Translations under genes and position numbers: made by a program
The notes under the pieces: model-generated
Databases searched by the model: none
What the model was told of the DNA's origin: nothing
The model's input: only the letters and a program-made list of their open reading frames with translations
Shown here: in pieces, positions 16,473-20,000 of the stretch
How the letters are laid out: the number at the start of each line of letters is the position of its first letter
Position numbering within the stretch: the stretch's first letter is position 1
Assembly (NCBI GenBank): GCA_013360215.1
Contig: JABWCP010000014.1
Location: forward strand, 52,687-72,686
DNA from: a bacterium
GTDB lineage: Bacteria > CLD3 > SB21
DNA length: 20,000 nt
Direction: 5' to 3'

Positions 16473-19400
16473 TTAGTTTTGATCGAGCAGAGTACGAATC
16501 ACTTTGGATAAGGTATCAATCGAAAAGGGCTTTTCGATAATTGTAGACTTCAGATTCTGACGAATATCCCGCACCACATCCGGCGTCGCGTATCCGGTAG
16601 CAAAGAATATTTTTGCCATCGGATTGATCCCGCACAGAGCCGCATGTGTTTGTTTGCCGTCCATCTCCGGCATCTGTATATCGAGCATGACGACATCGGG
16701 TTTTTCCTGCTGATACAAACGCACCGCTTCCATTCCGCTTTGTGCCGTAATTACACGATACCCCAGTTCTTCCAGTATGCGCGAGCATATGTTCAGAATG
16801 GCTTTTTCATCATCCACGACAAGCACCGTTTCTTTACCCGTTTCCAAAGGTTTTTCAATCTCCGGCACGGGTGCCGACTCGTTACTTCGGGATGCAGGAA
16901 GATAAAATCTAAATTCGGCGCCTTCGCCTTTTTTGGAATCTACCATAATGGTTCCGCCATGATTGAGGATAATACTTTTTGCAACAGCCAAACCCAGGCC
17001 GGTGCCTTGGCCTTCCGGTTTGGTAGTATAAAATGCTTCGAAAATATTTTGCAATGTCCCTGCATCCATACCTACGCCCGAATCGCGGATAATGCATTCG
17101 ATATAGACGCCGGCGCCCGGCAGGTTGAGCAGTTCGGCCGATTCTCCGTCAAACTCTACCGAATGCGTACGTACATTGATCAGGCCGCCTGGCTCGCCCA
17201 TAGCGTCCCGCGCATTGACAAGAAGATTCATGATGACTTGTTGTATTTGCGTTTGATCCACATCCATCGCAGGAATACTGTCATCCAAACGTATATCAAA
17301 ACGCACTTGTTTGGGAAATGCATGCGTCACCATCGCTTGCGTTTCACGGATCAGATCATTGATATGAATACGCGTGATGCGCAGCGGGGTTTGCCGTGCA
17401 TAGACTAGCAATTGTTTGACTATTTCACCCGCTCGCCGCGCCGATGCAGCAATATTTTCGGCATACGTTTTTACCATTTCGGGCGACGCTGAAAAATTTT
17501 TGAGCATCTCGGCCGTCGGTAAAATTACGGCAAGCATATTATTCATATCGTGTGCTACACCGCCGGCTATACGGCCTACCGATTCCATCTTTTGCGCTTG
17601 AATAAGATTTTGTTCGAGCCGCCGCGATTCGGTAATATCTTCAACGGCTACTTCATAATAAAGGAAACGTCCTCCGGTGTCATACACCGCACGATCGTGC
17701 AAACGCACTTGTATAATGGCGCCGTCTTTTTTTCTCCAGAATACTTCCGCATATCGCCCAATGCCCTGGGCTCGCGTGTTTTCGTTGAATTGCAAACGAT
17801 CTTCAGCCCGCACATAAATATCACGATTGAGATTGAGCCGCATGACTTCGTCATGGGTCTTATAACCCAGCATCCGCACTAACGCCGGATTGATCGTGAT
17901 AAAATTTCCTTCTTCCGTGGCCTGATAAATACCTTCGGTTATGTTTTCAAAAATAGATCGGTATTTATTTTCTGACGCAATCAACGCCTGTTCCACTTTG
18001 CGCCGCTCCGTGACATCGTGAATGATCGAAAAAAGTAATTTGCGTTCGCCGATCACCACCGGACCCGTTCGTACTTCGACCTCTTTTATTTCCCCGTTTG
18101 CCAGACGATGCCGAAAATCAACATAGGTTTGCTGCGCTTCCATGGCCTGCGCTATGCGCTCTCTTACTTCTTTTTCAGGCAACACATTGATATCCCAAAC
18201 CCTTAGGCTTTTTAACTGATCGACCGTATACCCGTAAAATGCGGCAGCTGCAGGATTAGCATCCACGATACGCCCGCTTTCCGGTTCCACAAGCCATTTG
18301 ATGGCCGTATTGTTTTCAAACATTTGACGATACCGTATTTCACTATCAGAAATCATTTTCCGAGATTGCATACGTTCTGTCACATCGCGGGAAAATACGC
18401 TGACGCCGGTGATTATATGTTGTGCATCGCGCAGCGGATAAAAACTGATATCGTAATAATGGCTTATCCCAGCAAATTCAAACAGTTTTTCGATGACAAA
18501 CCGTTCTCCTTCCAGAGCACGCTGATAATAACTTCTCCACTCGTCGGCTGTCGCCTTTGGCAAATATTCCAAAATGGCCATGCCGGGTTGCAATACAACG
18601 CCGTAAGCTGATTCATACGCCACGCGAAAGGCCGAATTGAGAACCACTATGCGCAGATTCCGATCGACGGAATAAATCGAATCCGTCGTATTTTCGATGA
18701 CCCCCGACAGATTGTATTCGCTTTGGCGCAATGCTTCTTGTGCGAAACGTCGTTCCGTAATGTCGTGATAGTTGGTAACGATAGCCTGGACAAACGGTAC
18801 GTGAAACATATTGATCGCCGAAAACTCCACCCAACGAATACTGCCGTTTTTGTGACGAAGCGGGACCGATAGATGCACGCGCCGATTTTCTCTGCGACGA
18901 ACCGACTCAAAAATACGTTGGACCGTATCCGCGTCACTCTGAATAAAATCAAATGCGCTGCGGCCTGAAATTTCCCATGTTTCGTAGCCCAGTAACCGTT
19001 TGATCGAAGCGCTGGTATAGAGTATGGTGCCGCGCTGATCTACCAATGTAACAACATCGCTGCTGTTTTCGATCAAAGCGCGAAAACGTTGTTCGCTTTC
19101 ATAGAGTTGCTGCTCACGCCGCTTGCGATCGGAAATGTCGCGTACGATACCGAGCGCTCTTCCGTCATTCAATACTTTTGCGGAAATTTCCACATAAAAA
19201 AGAGTGCCGTTTTTTCTCTTAAATCGTTGCTCGCCCAGATACTTTCCCTCTTTTTGCATCAAGGCCAGCGTTGTATCCAGGGTATGCGCCGTATCGGGAT
19301 CGATCAGATCCAATGGCCCCATTGTAAGAAGTTCTTCACGGGAATAACCGGTCATCGCACACGCTTTTTGATTAACGGAGAGATAGCGCCGATCCGATCC

Positions 19401-19823
19401 CATGATAAATACGGCATCGGATGAAGACTCCAGCAACACATCATAATCCTGACTAATACGCTGAATGCGCCGTGCATCCGCCGCATGCCAACGCTGCATA
19501 AGCCAAGCCATAGCCAATACCGCAAACGTATTGACGATAATCCAAAAAACTATGGTCCAAAACTGTTCCGGAGCTTCATTGTACGGATGGCCAAAATCCA
19601 GCATGTAATACAGACGGTATAAAAATTGTAGTACGGCGCTCACCAAACCTGAACGCAGTCCTCCGAGCAGCACGGAAAAAAATATCAACGCCTGAAGAGC
19701 AATCGAACCGGGACGATAATTTTGTATCTGACCGGCGGCCAACTCTAAAATCACAATAGCCACCAATGTGGCGACCGGACCGATCGAACGACGGTAACGA
19801 AAAAGAAATTCTGTCAACTTCAT
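16473..19823 (-). CDS. membrane-anchored hybrid sensor histidine kinase: TM region + 5 PAS/PAC + HisKA + HATPase_c + receiver
   Basis: N-terminal 3-4 hydrophobic helices (LLGGLRSGLVSA, DUF4118-like), five PAS units, H box GVAHDMNNML, QVIMNLLVNARDA, DSGVGM, GTGLGL, and receiver VLVVDDE...MLDIQMP...KPF. Confidence 0.93.
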   Translation of the reverse strand: MKLTEFLFRYRRSIGPVATLVAIVILELAAGQIQNYRPGSIALQALIFFSVLLGGLRSGLVSAVLQFLYRLYYMLDFGHPYNEAPEQFWTIVFWIIVNTFAVLAMAWLMQRWHAADARRIQRISQDYDVLLESSSDAVFIMGSDRRYLSVNQKACAMTGYSREELLTMGPLDLIDPDTAHTLDTTLALMQKEGKYLGEQRFKRKNGTLFYVEISAKVLNDGRALGIVRDISDRKRREQQLYESEQRFRALIENSSDVVTLVDQRGTILYTSASIKRLLGYETWEISGRSAFDFIQSDADTVQRIFESVRRRENRRVHLSVPLRHKNGSIRWVEFSAINMFHVPFVQAIVTNYHDITERRFAQEALRQSEYNLSGVIENTTDSIYSVDRNLRIVVLNSAFRVAYESAYGVVLQPGMAILEYLPKATADEWRSYYQRALEGERFVIEKLFEFAGISHYYDISFYPLRDAQHIITGVSVFSRDVTERMQSRKMISDSEIRYRQMFENNTAIKWLVEPESGRIVDANPAAAAFYGYTVDQLKSLRVWDINVLPEKEVRERIAQAMEAQQTYVDFRHRLANGEIKEVEVRTGPVVIGERKLLFSIIHDVTERRKVEQALIASENKYRSIFENITEGIYQATEEGNFITINPALVRMLGYKTHDEVMRLNLNRDIYVRAEDRLQFNENTRAQGIGRYAEVFWRKKDGAIIQVRLHDRAVYDTGGRFLYYEVAVEDITESRRLEQNLIQAQKMESVGRIAGGVAHDMNNMLAVILPTAEMLKNFSASPEMVKTYAENIAASARRAGEIVKQLLVYARQTPLRITRIHINDLIRETQAMVTHAFPKQVRFDIRLDDSIPAMDVDQTQIQQVIMNLLVNARDAMGEPGGLINVRTHSVEFDGESAELLNLPGAGVYIECIIRDSGVGMDAGTLQNIFEAFYTTKPEGQGTGLGLAVAKSIILNHGGTIMVDSKKGEGAEFRFYLPASRSNESAPVPEIEKPLETGKETVLVVDDEKAILNICSRILEELGYRVITAQSGMEAVRLYQQEKPDVVMLDIQMPEMDGKQTHAALCGINPMAKIFFATGYATPDVVRDIRQNLKSTIIEKPFSIDTLSKVIRTLLDQN

Positions 19824-20000
19824 GAGAAACAAGAAAGGATTAAGATAATGGATAACATAACCAAACGATTAAGATTAAGCAACACCATCTTGCAATTCGC
19901 CTGGGAAACGGAAGCAACATCGTACCCCCCTTTGGATAGAAGGGAAAGAAGGATTGAGATTGGTGATAGAACATTGCAGGAAGTCTTGCGAGCGTAGCGA

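Noticed and set aside
185-19424. The many short ORFs (60-254 aa) overlapping or antisense to the main genes, e.g. 16644-17408 +, 14608-15102 - and 11233-11610 +
   Set aside because: They lie within or largely overlap well-supported genes and have no recognisable motifs, so they are shadow ORFs.
1-20000. CRISPR array, IS/transposase, integrase, prophage or defence genes
   Set aside because: No regularly spaced DNA repeats, terminal inverted repeats or relevant protein motifs were seen. Repetitiveness is confined to PAS, propeller and DUF4046-like coding repeats.

Overview
This is a chromosomal bacterial window with no integrase, transposase or CRISPR array. Lipoproteins, outer-membrane barrels and TATATT(T)GCG promoter boxes suggest a diderm, possibly FCB-superphylum-like organism (inference). 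From left to right it holds: the 5' half of a tmRNA (ssrA, minus strand, cut by the window edge); a dihydroorotate-dehydrogenase-like flavoprotein; an AT-rich putative beta-propeller lipoprotein just downstream of tRNA-Lys(CTT); a 1874-aa GAF/10xPAS hybrid histidine kinase 3 nt downstream of a DUF481-like barrel gene; a TauE/SafE transporter; two tandem paralogous Ala/Lys-rich lipoproteins; a 623-aa protein with about four DUF4046-like repeats and a possible degenerate sigma-like N-terminus; a stranded C-terminal fragment of a TonB-dependent receptor; an AI-2E transporter plus a YdfG-like SDR; and a second, membrane-anchored 5xPAS hybrid kinase. The most notable observations are the repeat protein, the lipoprotein pair with a conserved C-terminal AKK, the tmRNA with an apparent AAC resume codon, a decayed tRNA copy next to a Xer-like site, and the receptor remnant. 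All family assignments come from motif recognition by eye, not database searches.
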